Shown one piece after another: positions 28,621 through 38,086 of a DNA stretch of 64,000 bases. The DNA comes from an uncultured Gammaproteobacteria bacterium (GTDB lineage Bacteria > Patescibacteriota > Microgenomatia > 2-02-FULL-39-11), in contig CAZJBV010000004.1 in NCBI GenBank assembly GCA_964544585.1, forward strand, positions 5,169 to 69,168, read 5' to 3'. Position 1 is the stretch's first letter; each line of letters opens with the position of its first letter. The translations under genes were made by a program, and so were the position numbers. The notes below the pieces were generated by a model. The model saw only the letters and a program-made list of their open reading frames with translations, had not been told where the DNA came from and made no database searches.

Positions 28621-28671
28621 GCAGCTAGTGTAAATGCTTTCTTCAAAAAAAACAACCGGAATTCTGCTATT

Positions 28672-28700
28672 GACAAGTCCTTTACCTTTTAATAAAATGT
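28672..28700 (+). promoter_or_regulatory. Sigma70-like promoter TTGACA-N17-TAAAAT for the vapB-like gene
   Basis: Read directly. It sits inside the extended DegT ORF's 5' region. Confidence 0.4.
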
Positions 28701-28707
28701 AAGACAT

Positions 28708-28968
28708 ATGAATTATTTACAAAGCACTCTAAGCCGCAAATATCAGACCGTTATCCCTTCTCAGATTCGAAGACTCCTCCAGTTAAAAGCAGGAGATACT
28801 ATCATCTGGCAAATTACTCAATATAAAAATCAAACCCAAGCCATTGCTTCTCCCAAACCCCAAAAATGGACAGAGTATACACGCGGGCTCGGAAAAAGTA
28901 TCTGGAAAGATGTCAATATAGAAGACTATATAAGGAAGCTACGTTCCGAATGGCAAAACCGCGACTAA
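28708..28968 (+). CDS. AbrB/MazE(SpoVT_AbrB)-fold antitoxin
   Basis: KYQTVIPSQIRRLLQLKAGDTI swapped-hairpin motif; 86 aa. It overlaps the downstream PIN gene. Confidence 0.5.
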   Translation: MNYLQSTLSRKYQTVIPSQIRRLLQLKAGDTIIWQITQYKNQTQAIASPKPQKWTEYTRGLGKSIWKDVNIEDYIRKLRSEWQNRD

Positions 28969-29414
28969 ACAAATTCCAAAAGGATCTTCTCACGTACGGG
29001 AATATTGGTGTTGACTCGATGATTTTCATCTATCATTTTGCCGATCATCCTCAATACGCACCGCTTACAAATATTTTTTTTGATGCTCTCGAAAATAATA
29101 AAATAACGGCGGTTACATCAATAATATCCCTTATCGAAATACTTATAAAACCGGAAAGAGAGAAGGAATTAGCCTTAGTAGAAGAGTATGAAAAAATACT
29201 CTATAATTTCCCAAATCTGGAAATACTACCAATAGATGAATCTGTAGCCAGGCTTGGAGCAAAACTGCGAGGACACTATTCCTTTCTCAAGACTCCAGAC
29301 GCCATTCAGTTAAGCGTCGCACTTCTGAAAGACTGCAAAGCATTTCTCACCAATGATGAAAAACTCAAGAGAATAAAAGAAATTCATACCATTGTCCTCC
29401 AAAACTACCTCTAA
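28950..29414 (+). CDS. PIN-domain (VapC-like) toxin
   Basis: IGVDSMIFIY (N-terminal catalytic Asp), LTNDEKL (C-terminal D). The start is trimmed to Met29 of the track ORF. Confidence 0.55.
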   Translation: MAKPRLNKFQKDLLTYGNIGVDSMIFIYHFADHPQYAPLTNIFFDALENNKITAVTSIISLIEILIKPEREKELALVEEYEKILYNFPNLEILPIDESVARLGAKLRGHYSFLKTPDAIQLSVALLKDCKAFLTNDEKLKRIKEIHTIVLQNYL

Positions 29415-29420
29415 CACCCA

Positions 29421-29687
29421 TCATTCCAGTAAATCACGCAGTGCCTTGTAAATATCTTTTCTATGCCCTATGAGAACCACATAAAAAAAGGAAGCTGTCT
29501 TTTTATAGACAATACGATAATCGCCTATTCTAATTCTATATATATCTTTGAAGCCTTGTAATTTCTCCTCATTAGGTACCTTGTTCTCGTCTCGAATTTT
29601 TCTTATTTTTTGAACAATCGCTATTTGATCTATTTTGGGAATTCGACGAAGTTTCTTTTCCGCATGTGGGGATAAAATGACTTTCAT
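29421..29687 (-). CDS. RelE/ParE-family type II toxin
   Basis: 88 aa; YRIRIGDYRIVYKK...VVLIGHRKDIY is typical of RelE/ParE. Confidence 0.6.
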   Translation of the reverse strand: MKVILSPHAEKKLRRIPKIDQIAIVQKIRKIRDENKVPNEEKLQGFKDIYRIRIGDYRIVYKKTASFFYVVLIGHRKDIYKALRDLLE

Positions 29688-29923
29688 ATTCCCAATTCTC
29701 TAGCTACACTCTCAAAATCTCTTCCCTTTTTGAAATCGGAAGCTTCAACTGCTTTCCTATCTATAAAATTTTCGATATAAGAAACAAGTTTATCATATAT
29801 ATCTTTCCCAATAAGATACGCTTTCACTTCATTTCTTTTTTCCACCGCAACAGGATAGTCTCCCGCGCTTTCAATATATTTCGCTGGACTAGTTTTAAGC
29901 TGAGATATAGAAACTGTAGTCAT
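29684..29923 (-). CDS. Phd/YefM-like antitoxin
   Basis: 79 aa; N-terminal TVSISQLKTSPAKYIE pattern. It overlaps the toxin by 4 nt. Confidence 0.5.
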   Translation of the reverse strand: MTTVSISQLKTSPAKYIESAGDYPVAVEKRNEVKAYLIGKDIYDKLVSYIENFIDRKAVEASDFKKGRDFESVARELGI

Positions 29924-29985
29924 AAAAAAATGATATCAAATCATAGGTCTCTTGTCAAGACCTATATTTAGGTCTCTCTTCGTCC

Positions 29986-30014
29986 TTGACAAAAGCCTCT
30001 AAATTAGCTAGACT
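29986..30014 (+). promoter_or_regulatory. Sigma70-like promoter TTGACA-N17-TAGACT, with upstream operator-like inverted repeats (29944-29965 TAGGTCTCTTGTCAAGACCTA)
   Basis: Read directly. It lies 28 nt upstream of the ATG at 30042. Confidence 0.4.
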
Positions 30015-30041
30015 AGACTTAGTCAAGTTTAACCTACATCT

Positions 30042-30272
30042 ATGATGACCAATATTTACCAAGCAAAAACTCAGCTCTCCAAGCTCATCGAGAAAGTCAC
30101 CAAAGGTGAAGAGGTCATCATCGCCAAAGCAGGAAAACCCGTAGCAAAATTAGTGGCTTTTGAAAAGAAACTACAACCCAGAAAACCCGGCCTCTTAAAA
30201 GGAAAAATTTTTGTACCTGATAATTTCAATGATGAAGATGAAGAAATAAATAAGATGTTTTATGGTGAATAG
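30042..30272 (+). CDS. Phd/YefM-family antitoxin (partner of downstream PIN)
   Basis: MTNIYQAKTQLSKLIEKVTKGEEVIIAKAGKPVAKLV matches the Phd/YefM consensus. Confidence 0.6.
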   Translation: MMTNIYQAKTQLSKLIEKVTKGEEVIIAKAGKPVAKLVAFEKKLQPRKPGLLKGKIFVPDNFNDEDEEINKMFYGE

Positions 30273-30660
30273 GATAAACAGCACAGGCTTCCTCCTCGAT
30301 ACAAATATCTTCCTTTGGTGGCTCAATGACGACAAAAAGCTAAAATCGGCAATAAGAGAAACTATGGCAGATCCCCAAAATATACTCTATATATCTGTAG
30401 TTTCTGCATGGGAAATAAGCTTAAAGCATAAAATTGGAAAATTGCCATTGAAAACAACTCTCAAAAGATGTTTTGAAATTTCTCCATTTCCTATATTAAC
30501 TCTGCGCCTTGAACATATTCTAAACTTAGACAAATTGCCACTTTTCCACAAAGACCCATTTGACCGTCTTTTGATTACTCAATCAAAAGTAGAAAACCTA
30601 ACACTCATCACGTCAGATCAACAGATGAGAAAATACAACATAAGCTTATTAAAAGCTTAA
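30262..30660 (+). CDS. vapC: PIN-domain VapC toxin
   Basis: LLDTNIFLW, SVVSAWEIS, DPFDRLLITQS: classic PIN acidic residues. Confidence 0.7.
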   Translation: MVNRINSTGFLLDTNIFLWWLNDDKKLKSAIRETMADPQNILYISVVSAWEISLKHKIGKLPLKTTLKRCFEISPFPILTLRLEHILNLDKLPLFHKDPFDRLLITQSKVENLTLITSDQQMRKYNISLLKA

Positions 30661-31700
30661 AACTCAATTACTACTCTTCCCAAGCTTCTATTTTGCTCTA
30701 CTTCATCAAGTGCTTCATTTACTTGATTTAAACGATATTTCTTCGGAATAAGTTTTCCCATATCCAATTCTGCCGAAATATATTTTTCTGCATAATAAGG
30801 TATATCGCGATCGATATCAGTCTCCCCTCCCCATGTACCTATAATTTGCTTCCCCAAAATAAAGTCATAAGGCACAATGCATATTTTCTCTCCCTTTTTG
30901 AGATTTCCCGCAATCACCAGTTTTCCTGAAATATTAAGGGCCGCAAACGCAGTTTCCATCGCTTCTTTCACTCCTGCTGCTTCAATTGCATAATCCAAAC
31001 CACCAGAAGTCTTCTCTTTTATCTTCACCAGAACATTTTCTTCTTTTGCATTTATTACGTTGGTTGCTCCCAGATGTTTTGCAAAATCAAGTTTTTCTTT
31101 TGTTATATCAATAGCTATAATTATTTTGCATTTGGTAAGCACTGCACCCAAAATGGAGGCACTTCCCACTCCCCCCACTCCAAAAATTGCAATAGAAGTT
31201 CCTTTCCTTACTTTTAGTGTATTTAAAACAACTCCCATTCCCGTTGGGACAGCACATCCTAGAATCGATGCGATATCAGGCGGTACTTTTTTAGGAATTT
31301 TTACTAGTCTATTCTCTGAAATGACTGCATATTCACTAAATGTAGTTATTGGACCGGCATTGATGATCCTTCCTCTACATTTATACTGACTTGCTCCTCC
31401 CTCCAATCCTTTTCCTTTTATCCATGTACAAACGACATAAACTCCCCTTTTTACCTTGGTTACTCCCCCCCCTACCTCCATTACCTCCCCCGCGCCTTCA
31501 TGGCCCAAAAGATGAGGCAAAAACCTGTCAGGTCCTTTTAAAGCCTTCCTTTCATTCACCTGTGCCCGACAAACACCCGTTGCCAATATCTTAACCAGCA
31601 CCTGTCCTCTCTTAAGCTTAGGAATCTCTACCTCTTCTATAGCAAGGGGATCGTTTGTTTTGTATAAAACCGCCGCCCTAGTCTTCATGGAATAAACCAA
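30657..31700 (-). CDS. Zn-dependent medium-chain alcohol dehydrogenase (MDR; polyol/threonine dehydrogenase or TarJ-like reductase candidate)
   Basis: GHEGAGEV (catalytic Zn), C-x-x-C-x-x-C structural Zn region, GVGGVGS Rossmann. Confidence 0.75.
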   Translation of the reverse strand: MVYSMKTRAAVLYKTNDPLAIEEVEIPKLKRGQVLVKILATGVCRAQVNERKALKGPDRFLPHLLGHEGAGEVMEVGGGVTKVKRGVYVVCTWIKGKGLEGGASQYKCRGRIINAGPITTFSEYAVISENRLVKIPKKVPPDIASILGCAVPTGMGVVLNTLKVRKGTSIAIFGVGGVGSASILGAVLTKCKIIIAIDITKEKLDFAKHLGATNVINAKEENVLVKIKEKTSGGLDYAIEAAGVKEAMETAFAALNISGKLVIAGNLKKGEKICIVPYDFILGKQIIGTWGGETDIDRDIPYYAEKYISAELDMGKLIPKKYRLNQVNEALDEVEQNRSLGRVVIEF

Positions 31701-32341
31701 TAAAAGTCTCCTGTATAATCCATTTCCTTAAATAACTTCTTCCATTCGGAAACACTCATATACGTCAAGGCAGTCAGATTCCACATTGCCATTCTTCTCC
31801 TTTCTTCCTCATTTCTATATGCATCGACGGTTATAAATGCATCTTTTCTTGTCACCCTCTGAATTTCTCTTATGGCCTCTTTGCAGTCCTCCAAAGGTAA
31901 ATTATGGACAGTATTTACTGAAATGACTAAATCAAAAGATTTATCCTTATAAGGAAGTTTTTTTGCATTACCAACTCTCAAAAATGGTTTTACCTCAGGC
32001 ATAGCGTTTTCAATTGCATACGTTGAAATATCTATCCCGGCTAGTTTTATACCAGGAATTAATCGCTGAAAATCATACAACATAAATCCCTTTCCGCATC
32101 CCACATCCAAAATTGAACTTTTCGCTGTTAAGTTGTAATGCTTTTGAAAATCGCCAACCACTCCTGTCCAAAATCTCGGATGATAATTATATCCTCCATA
32201 TCCATATTTCCTCTCTCCATCAAAAAACTCTCTCCCAAATTGTCTCGCAATTTTTCTTACTTCTTCCGTTTTTTCCTCAAATCTCGCATCGAGATTTCTT
32301 TTTGCCTGCGGATATTTTTTTAAAAGATTAATTTCTGCCAT
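31685..32341 (-). CDS. Class I SAM-dependent methyltransferase
   Basis: Motif I ILDVGCGKGFML, motif post-I DIS, motif II FDLVISV. Confidence 0.7.
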   Translation of the reverse strand: MAEINLLKKYPQAKRNLDARFEEKTEEVRKIARQFGREFFDGERKYGYGGYNYHPRFWTGVVGDFQKHYNLTAKSSILDVGCGKGFMLYDFQRLIPGIKLAGIDISTYAIENAMPEVKPFLRVGNAKKLPYKDKSFDLVISVNTVHNLPLEDCKEAIREIQRVTRKDAFITVDAYRNEEERRRMAMWNLTALTYMSVSEWKKLFKEMDYTGDFYWFIP

Positions 32342-33962
32342 CCGTTTTCAATTTATATATTCTAACATCTTTGTTCTCGTATACAACTTCGAGAAAATCA
32401 TACTCCCTAAACCCTCCCCCACCTATATTTTTTTCATAAGGACCATAAAGTACATAATCTATACCATTATCAGTCAATATTTTTCCCATCGTATTTTCTT
32501 TCAATCCTTCACTATAAAATTCCCTTGTTAGACTAAGCTTACTTTCAAAATTATAAGTCTCAAGTACATGCCCAATAAAGCTTATAAAAGGTCCATATGC
32601 TGGAATAATAATACCCGATTCTTGCGAACTCATTACTCGAGTATCTTTAGGAAAGTTGTCTCTCATGAATAAAAATGCATTATGCAAATTAAGTGGAATT
32701 CTAAAAGAATTTACCGGATTATTCTTTAAAAAATAGTGAATCGAATTAAATTTTATAAGAGTATATTCTGCCAAAGAAATAATATAAAAACCTAAAACCA
32801 GTGCCATAATAAAATATCTCAATAATCTATTTTTGAAATAATCAAAAAAATAAACGGCCAAAATTGCAAGTGGTATAAATGATGTCGCGTTAATAAGTCT
32901 TATTTTTGGGATACTCAATATATGAACAAATAGAAGAAGCAAAAAAGGCATAAAAGCCCAAAAAAATAAGAAAATTTTTTTAAAATCCAAAGTTCTCCAT
33001 TCTATAAAAACCACTGGAAACGCCAAAATTATAGGTACAAAGAAAGAAATTAATAATTCATAATTAAATGATTTTAAATAATTCCAATATCCCAGCTCAT
33101 AATTCTTACTTTCCGACCAAGGATATCCAAAGGTCTGTTGGAAATAAATAAGCCCCACTACAAATAGACTTACAAGACAAATAAACATTATTGGAAAAAG
33201 ATAGCCTTTATAGTCATGGAAAGTTTTCCTCGATTGAAAACTTCTAACTAATAAATATAAAAAACTTGCCATTGGAACGATCAGCATGGGTAATACAATC
33301 GGAGGATACGCCAAGGCCCCTATCAATAAAACAATGCCACTAAAAATTGGCCAGTTCCTTCTCTTTTTTTCAATATATTGGAAGAAAAAAATAAGCGAAA
33401 ACAAAAGCATCGCTTGACCAAAAATATGGTGTGGTGGCATATATAATCTTTCAAGTAAGTCAAAACCAAAATACCACGGATAGTCAAAGGGATACCTCGT
33501 CACATCTATCTTTATGCCATAAAAAAAAGTCAAAGGTATAGTCGCAATTAAAGACAAGATTCCAGCAAGAAGAAAGTTCTTTTTGGCAAATAATATACAA
33601 ATAAGAATAACGCCAAAAATAAAAAGTTCAACCGAAATAATCCTCGCAATGTGGTAAATATATATGGCATCAATATCAAATAACCCTCCAATTTTTCCAA
33701 TCATCAAGTAGTAAAAATGAAGTATTCCGGGTGTGGTTTTTTCTGTAGTATAAGGATCTCTTTTTAACCAATGCCCATATTTTCCTTCGGTAGTGTATGC
33801 CAGATAGCTAAAATAATCATTCGTCGCTTCTCTATGTATTAAAGGATAAATATATCCTGTGGTCGTATATGAAAGATTTATAAAAAGGTGTAAATTGGAT
33901 AGAACTACAATAATATTCGCCAGGATTAAATAAATAATAAATTGTGGCAAAACCTTCCTCAT
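32328..33962 (-). CDS. Member of 7-copy paralogous ~540-aa polytopic membrane protein family
   Basis: YPLIHREATNDYFSYLAYTTEGKYGHWL...TTEKT N-terminal pattern; C-terminal FIGH...YGP pattern. Confidence 0.45.
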   Translation of the reverse strand: MRKVLPQFIIYLILANIIVVLSNLHLFINLSYTTTGYIYPLIHREATNDYFSYLAYTTEGKYGHWLKRDPYTTEKTTPGILHFYYLMIGKIGGLFDIDAIYIYHIARIISVELFIFGVILICILFAKKNFLLAGILSLIATIPLTFFYGIKIDVTRYPFDYPWYFGFDLLERLYMPPHHIFGQAMLLFSLIFFFQYIEKKRRNWPIFSGIVLLIGALAYPPIVLPMLIVPMASFLYLLVRSFQSRKTFHDYKGYLFPIMFICLVSLFVVGLIYFQQTFGYPWSESKNYELGYWNYLKSFNYELLISFFVPIILAFPVVFIEWRTLDFKKIFLFFWAFMPFLLLLFVHILSIPKIRLINATSFIPLAILAVYFFDYFKNRLLRYFIMALVLGFYIISLAEYTLIKFNSIHYFLKNNPVNSFRIPLNLHNAFLFMRDNFPKDTRVMSSQESGIIIPAYGPFISFIGHVLETYNFESKLSLTREFYSEGLKENTMGKILTDNGIDYVLYGPYEKNIGGGGFREYDFLEVVYENKDVRIYKLKTDGRN

Positions 33963-35215
33963 GACTGCCTCTTCATAAATAAATATCTAAATCCACTTCT
34001 TAAATAGCCTCGGAAGTAATAAATCCCAAGGGGTGTAAAAAGGCTAAGCGCCGGATAAACAGGCATAGTAATTCTTTCTTCAGGAGTAAGTAAACTCAAG
34101 GGAAGAGTAAAATATAATATAAGTAAAATTATAAAAAAAAGTAATCTTTTCTCTCCAATATTTTTATTTTTTTTACGCCAAACATAATTTATTCCCACAA
34201 TCGAGAAAAAAATAAACAAAATATTACCTATTCGGACAATATATTTATCGTTAGGGTAAAAGGGATCAGTGTAGAAATATAAATGGCTTTTATCCCAGAA
34301 TAAAAATACATTGCGGACGCGCGTAGCAATAAAAGGCCCAGGATTGTTTTGTATCTCCTCAATTGCCGCATTTAGTCTCGGTCTTACTTTCTCCATAAAA
34401 ATGTCTTTATCTTCACCAAATATTTTAGGATGCTCGGATGAAACCGAAATCGGCACTTCTCTAAAATATTCCTCGTTATAAAGCCCTGGCCAGCGGGCAA
34501 TCTCAAGGCTATGTAAAAAATCAAGATAAACAAAAGGAACGGAAGGAATAGGACTCAGATTTTTAAAAAATCTCCAGTTTGCCGATATCGGATAAATAAC
34601 AGTAATTAAAAATCCCAAAAAAATTATTAACCATTTTAGCGAAAACTTCTTTCTTTCAAAATAAATATTAAATAAAGGGATTGATATTAATAAAATTAAG
34701 GTAAACCACCACAGCATTATTCTCGTATATGTAAGCCACCCGATAACTAACCCCAAAATAAATTGTCCCAATTTATTTTTATAACTTATAAATAGGTAAA
34801 TTACTAAAGACATTAAAAATAATGCTAAAACTTCAGAAAGAAAAAGACCTGTATATGAGGAGGATAATGGATTGAATATATAAATTAGAAAAGTTAGCAA
34901 ACTTAATTTTTCATTAGCAAAAACTTTACGAGACGTCACAAGCAAAACAAAAGCTGTTAAAACATCAATTAACGCCTGAAAAACAACAACTGCATATAAA
35001 TTTCCTTGTCCAAATAATCTGAAAATAAATGACAAAAATAAAGGATATCCATAGGTTTTCGCACAACAATCAGCATACCAAAAACTATTATTTATTACAT
35101 TGGCAAAAGAAATATAATCTGTCTCATCAAACATCGGCTGGTGAGGAAAAAGAGATGCCATCCACATCCTAAATATAAATCCCAAAACTAGTAAAATAAA
35201 AATTATTTTTTTCAT
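33959..35215 (-). CDS. ArnT/PMT_2-like GT-C glycosyltransferase (first-loop FDETDY)
   Basis: 418 aa. It is a tandem paralog of 35212..36444; both share the CC pair after the D-E-T-x-Y loop. Confidence 0.55.
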   Translation of the reverse strand: MKKIIFILLVLGFIFRMWMASLFPHQPMFDETDYISFANVINNSFWYADCCAKTYGYPLFLSFIFRLFGQGNLYAVVVFQALIDVLTAFVLLVTSRKVFANEKLSLLTFLIYIFNPLSSSYTGLFLSEVLALFLMSLVIYLFISYKNKLGQFILGLVIGWLTYTRIMLWWFTLILLISIPLFNIYFERKKFSLKWLIIFLGFLITVIYPISANWRFFKNLSPIPSVPFVYLDFLHSLEIARWPGLYNEEYFREVPISVSSEHPKIFGEDKDIFMEKVRPRLNAAIEEIQNNPGPFIATRVRNVFLFWDKSHLYFYTDPFYPNDKYIVRIGNILFIFFSIVGINYVWRKKNKNIGEKRLLFFIILLILYFTLPLSLLTPEERITMPVYPALSLFTPLGIYYFRGYLRSGFRYLFMKRQS

Positions 35216-36444
35216 GACTTAAGACTTTTTATTGAAAGTATCCCTAAGGGTAAAAATAAAAGTAATATAGGATAAGCAGGCATCGTATGACGCTCTTCAG
35301 GAACGCGCAAGGTTAAAGCTGTAGTCAGATATAAAAGGAGAACAATGACAAAAATTATCCCTATTTTTTGCTCTAAAAATTTATTTTTCAAAAAAATAAA
35401 TCTCAAAATTCCTAAGGTGCAAATACTTAAAAATAATATATTACCTATCCTTATAAAAGGCCTATCAAATGGAAAAAATGGATCATCATAACAGCAAAAA
35501 CTTCTCTTATCCCATAAAGTAGGTATATGCCCCAAACGAGATAAAGCAAAAGGCCAAGGATTTTTGATTATCTCCTTTTTAACTTCTTCAATCCTTCTAC
35601 CAGTATCCGCAAGAAATGCTTCTCTATCATTAAAATTAATTTGATAATACCGAAGCAAAATCGGTTCTACCTCCCTTTTGTGCTCTTCAACCAAAATTGG
35701 CCATCGATGAACCCTAAAGCTTACCAAAAAATCATAATTACCACCCGGTATATAAGGCATAGGAGAAATAGTCTTATACTTTAAATAGTTTGCCGTTGAT
35801 GGATACAATACAATCAACAAAACTCCGAGAGAAATAGGTATTACAAAACTGAAAAATTGCCTCCTTTTTAGAATTAAATAAACTGCTAGAATAAAAATTA
35901 ATAATATCCCCCAATAAACAAAAATTAGCCTCGTAAACATTAAAAGTCCTAAAATTATACCCGCCACAAATCTACCTAATACACCGTGATAAGAAGCAAG
36001 TAAAAATAAAAACGATACTAAAAGAAAAAAAGTCAGTGTCTCCGTCAAAATCATTCCCGTATATGTTGCGGTTAGAGGGTTAAATAAATAGACAATTAAC
36101 ACAACCCAACTACCCCATTCTGGTTTTTCTATAAACTTCCTATAAATTAAAAATAGGATGAGTCCAATCAGAGAATCCATCACCGCCTGAGTAAAAAAGA
36201 GAAAAAAATGATTCTGCTCACCAAATATCCCAAGAATAATTCTTAAAAACATGGGGTAAACAAATCCCCTCGTACAACATTCAGCTACCCAAAATTCCCT
36301 TTTTATAATATCCGCCATTTCAAGGTACGTTTTTTCATCAGCAATAACTTCATGCCTAAAAATATTGGCCAGAATTAACCTAAACAAAATTCCAGCTAAC
36401 AAAAAAAATAGTATTAAAACAATTTTTTTATTATTCGACTGCAT
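35212..36444 (-). CDS. ArnT/PMT_2-like GT-C glycosyltransferase (first-loop ADEKTY)
   Basis: 410 aa. It aligns collinearly with 33959..35215. Confidence 0.55.
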   Translation of the reverse strand: MQSNNKKIVLILFFLLAGILFRLILANIFRHEVIADEKTYLEMADIIKREFWVAECCTRGFVYPMFLRIILGIFGEQNHFFLFFTQAVMDSLIGLILFLIYRKFIEKPEWGSWVVLIVYLFNPLTATYTGMILTETLTFFLLVSFLFLLASYHGVLGRFVAGIILGLLMFTRLIFVYWGILLIFILAVYLILKRRQFFSFVIPISLGVLLIVLYPSTANYLKYKTISPMPYIPGGNYDFLVSFRVHRWPILVEEHKREVEPILLRYYQINFNDREAFLADTGRRIEEVKKEIIKNPWPFALSRLGHIPTLWDKRSFCCYDDPFFPFDRPFIRIGNILFLSICTLGILRFIFLKNKFLEQKIGIIFVIVLLLYLTTALTLRVPEERHTMPAYPILLLFLPLGILSIKSLKS

Positions 36445-38047
36445 AGATAATAGTTTGATTATTTTTATTTTTTTGCTTCAAAAAGGGATATCTTAAATCA
36501 CCTCCATCAGTTAAATTTTTTCTCTCCCCGTCCCCAAAAAAGACATAGGAAATACGATTTCTTTTTAAAAACTCTAGAGCCTCTAAATTATCCATATTAT
36601 GTGAGTAGAAACGATTAACCAACGTTGAGGTCGTATTTATATTTGGCGGACTCATAATATAGTGCCACCAGCTCGTATATACATAATTTCCGGAAAAAGC
36701 TGGTATTAAAGTCCCTGCGTAAAATCCTGAAAGCACAATATTACTTTCCTCTGTATTCTTCCTCAGCCAGAAAAGTGCATCCATCACCTCTTTTTTGGGA
36801 TACCCATAATCATAGACAGAAGAAACCAAACAAAAACATACGCGTTGACTGATCATACTCGTCTCATAGGAATAATATCCGGAAGCAAGAACAATAATAG
36901 TAATAACAACTGCAAAACTAACTCGTTTTACAATCCAAAATATCCCAACCGTCGCCAAAATTGCAAATACTAGAAAATAAGGTGTCAGGAAAAATCTAAT
37001 ACTATTTATGCCCAAAATATACGACACAATAAAAATACTTAGTGGATGGATTACAATCCAAGGAATCAAAAGTAGAAAAAAAGTTTTTCCGCTTTTTAAA
37101 ATTGGAATATATGCAATTAGTGAAAATATATATACTAGTCCAATTGCTTGAATATACTCAAAAGGCAAAATCGTAAAAGGGACGATAAGTTCAGTTTTTG
37201 ATAGCGCATTGAAATCCCAAAAAGAAGATGCATAGCGAAAATAAAGAAGTGGAATAAAAGAAACAATTATATATACACCTAAAAATAATATTTCAGTTTT
37301 CAATAGACTAAAAGATTTTAGAAGAAGTCTGAGGCGTATAATTTTTAAAATAAGATAGAGCGGTAATGATAATACAACTAAAACCATCCCTGCTGGATAT
37401 ATCAGTGTTGCTAAAAACCCAAACAGACCAGCAATAAAAATATATTTCCACCGTTTAGAATCTATTCCTAAAGACAAAAAATAAATTGAAAGGATAGTAA
37501 AAAATCCACTTAAAAGATAATGGTGGGCAGAAAGAGTCAGCCTTTGAAAAACTAAAGAGTCTAAAGGCAATCTATGCATAATACCCATTCCCTGTAAAGG
37601 ATTAATTATCCCCGTTGCAAATAGACACAATATGAAAGAAACAATCCGTTGACCTGGCGTCTTAAATACATTTCGCACAATAAAGTACAAAGAGAAAAGA
37701 AAAATTATGGATATTACAAAACGAGAAAGAAAATACATAAATAAAGGATCGATATGAAAAAGCCTTGCCGCTTGCCCTATCAAAATATATTCCATCTTTA
37801 AAAAAGTAGCTTTTGCCTCTATCGTTGTGGTTGCCTTGGGCATCCTCATCCAATGACCCAAATATCCCTCTTGTACTGTCGACAAACTCCCCATCAAATC
37901 TAATGGATACTCGCTTGCGCCATAATAATAGCGATCGGCTGTCTTATTCTTAAAATTGTCATAAATTGGCTTGTAGGAAAATATAAGAAGAACGAGGATA
38001 GAAAGCAAAACAACTAAAACCTCAAAAAATGACTTCTTCTTTATCAT
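36431..38047 (-). CDS. Divergent member of the ~540-aa paralogous membrane protein family
   Basis: N-terminal SEYPLDLMGSLSTVQEGYLGHWMRMPKATTT and C-terminal YVYTSWW...YVFFGDGE fit the family pattern more loosely. Confidence 0.4.
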   Translation of the reverse strand: MIKKKSFFEVLVVLLSILVLLIFSYKPIYDNFKNKTADRYYYGASEYPLDLMGSLSTVQEGYLGHWMRMPKATTTIEAKATFLKMEYILIGQAARLFHIDPLFMYFLSRFVISIIFLFSLYFIVRNVFKTPGQRIVSFILCLFATGIINPLQGMGIMHRLPLDSLVFQRLTLSAHHYLLSGFFTILSIYFLSLGIDSKRWKYIFIAGLFGFLATLIYPAGMVLVVLSLPLYLILKIIRLRLLLKSFSLLKTEILFLGVYIIVSFIPLLYFRYASSFWDFNALSKTELIVPFTILPFEYIQAIGLVYIFSLIAYIPILKSGKTFFLLLIPWIVIHPLSIFIVSYILGINSIRFFLTPYFLVFAILATVGIFWIVKRVSFAVVITIIVLASGYYSYETSMISQRVCFCLVSSVYDYGYPKKEVMDALFWLRKNTEESNIVLSGFYAGTLIPAFSGNYVYTSWWHYIMSPPNINTTSTLVNRFYSHNMDNLEALEFLKRNRISYVFFGDGERKNLTDGGDLRYPFLKQKNKNNQTIIYAVE

Positions 38048-38086
38048 GAGATTGACTTATAATTCATAAAATTATAGCATCTCCTC

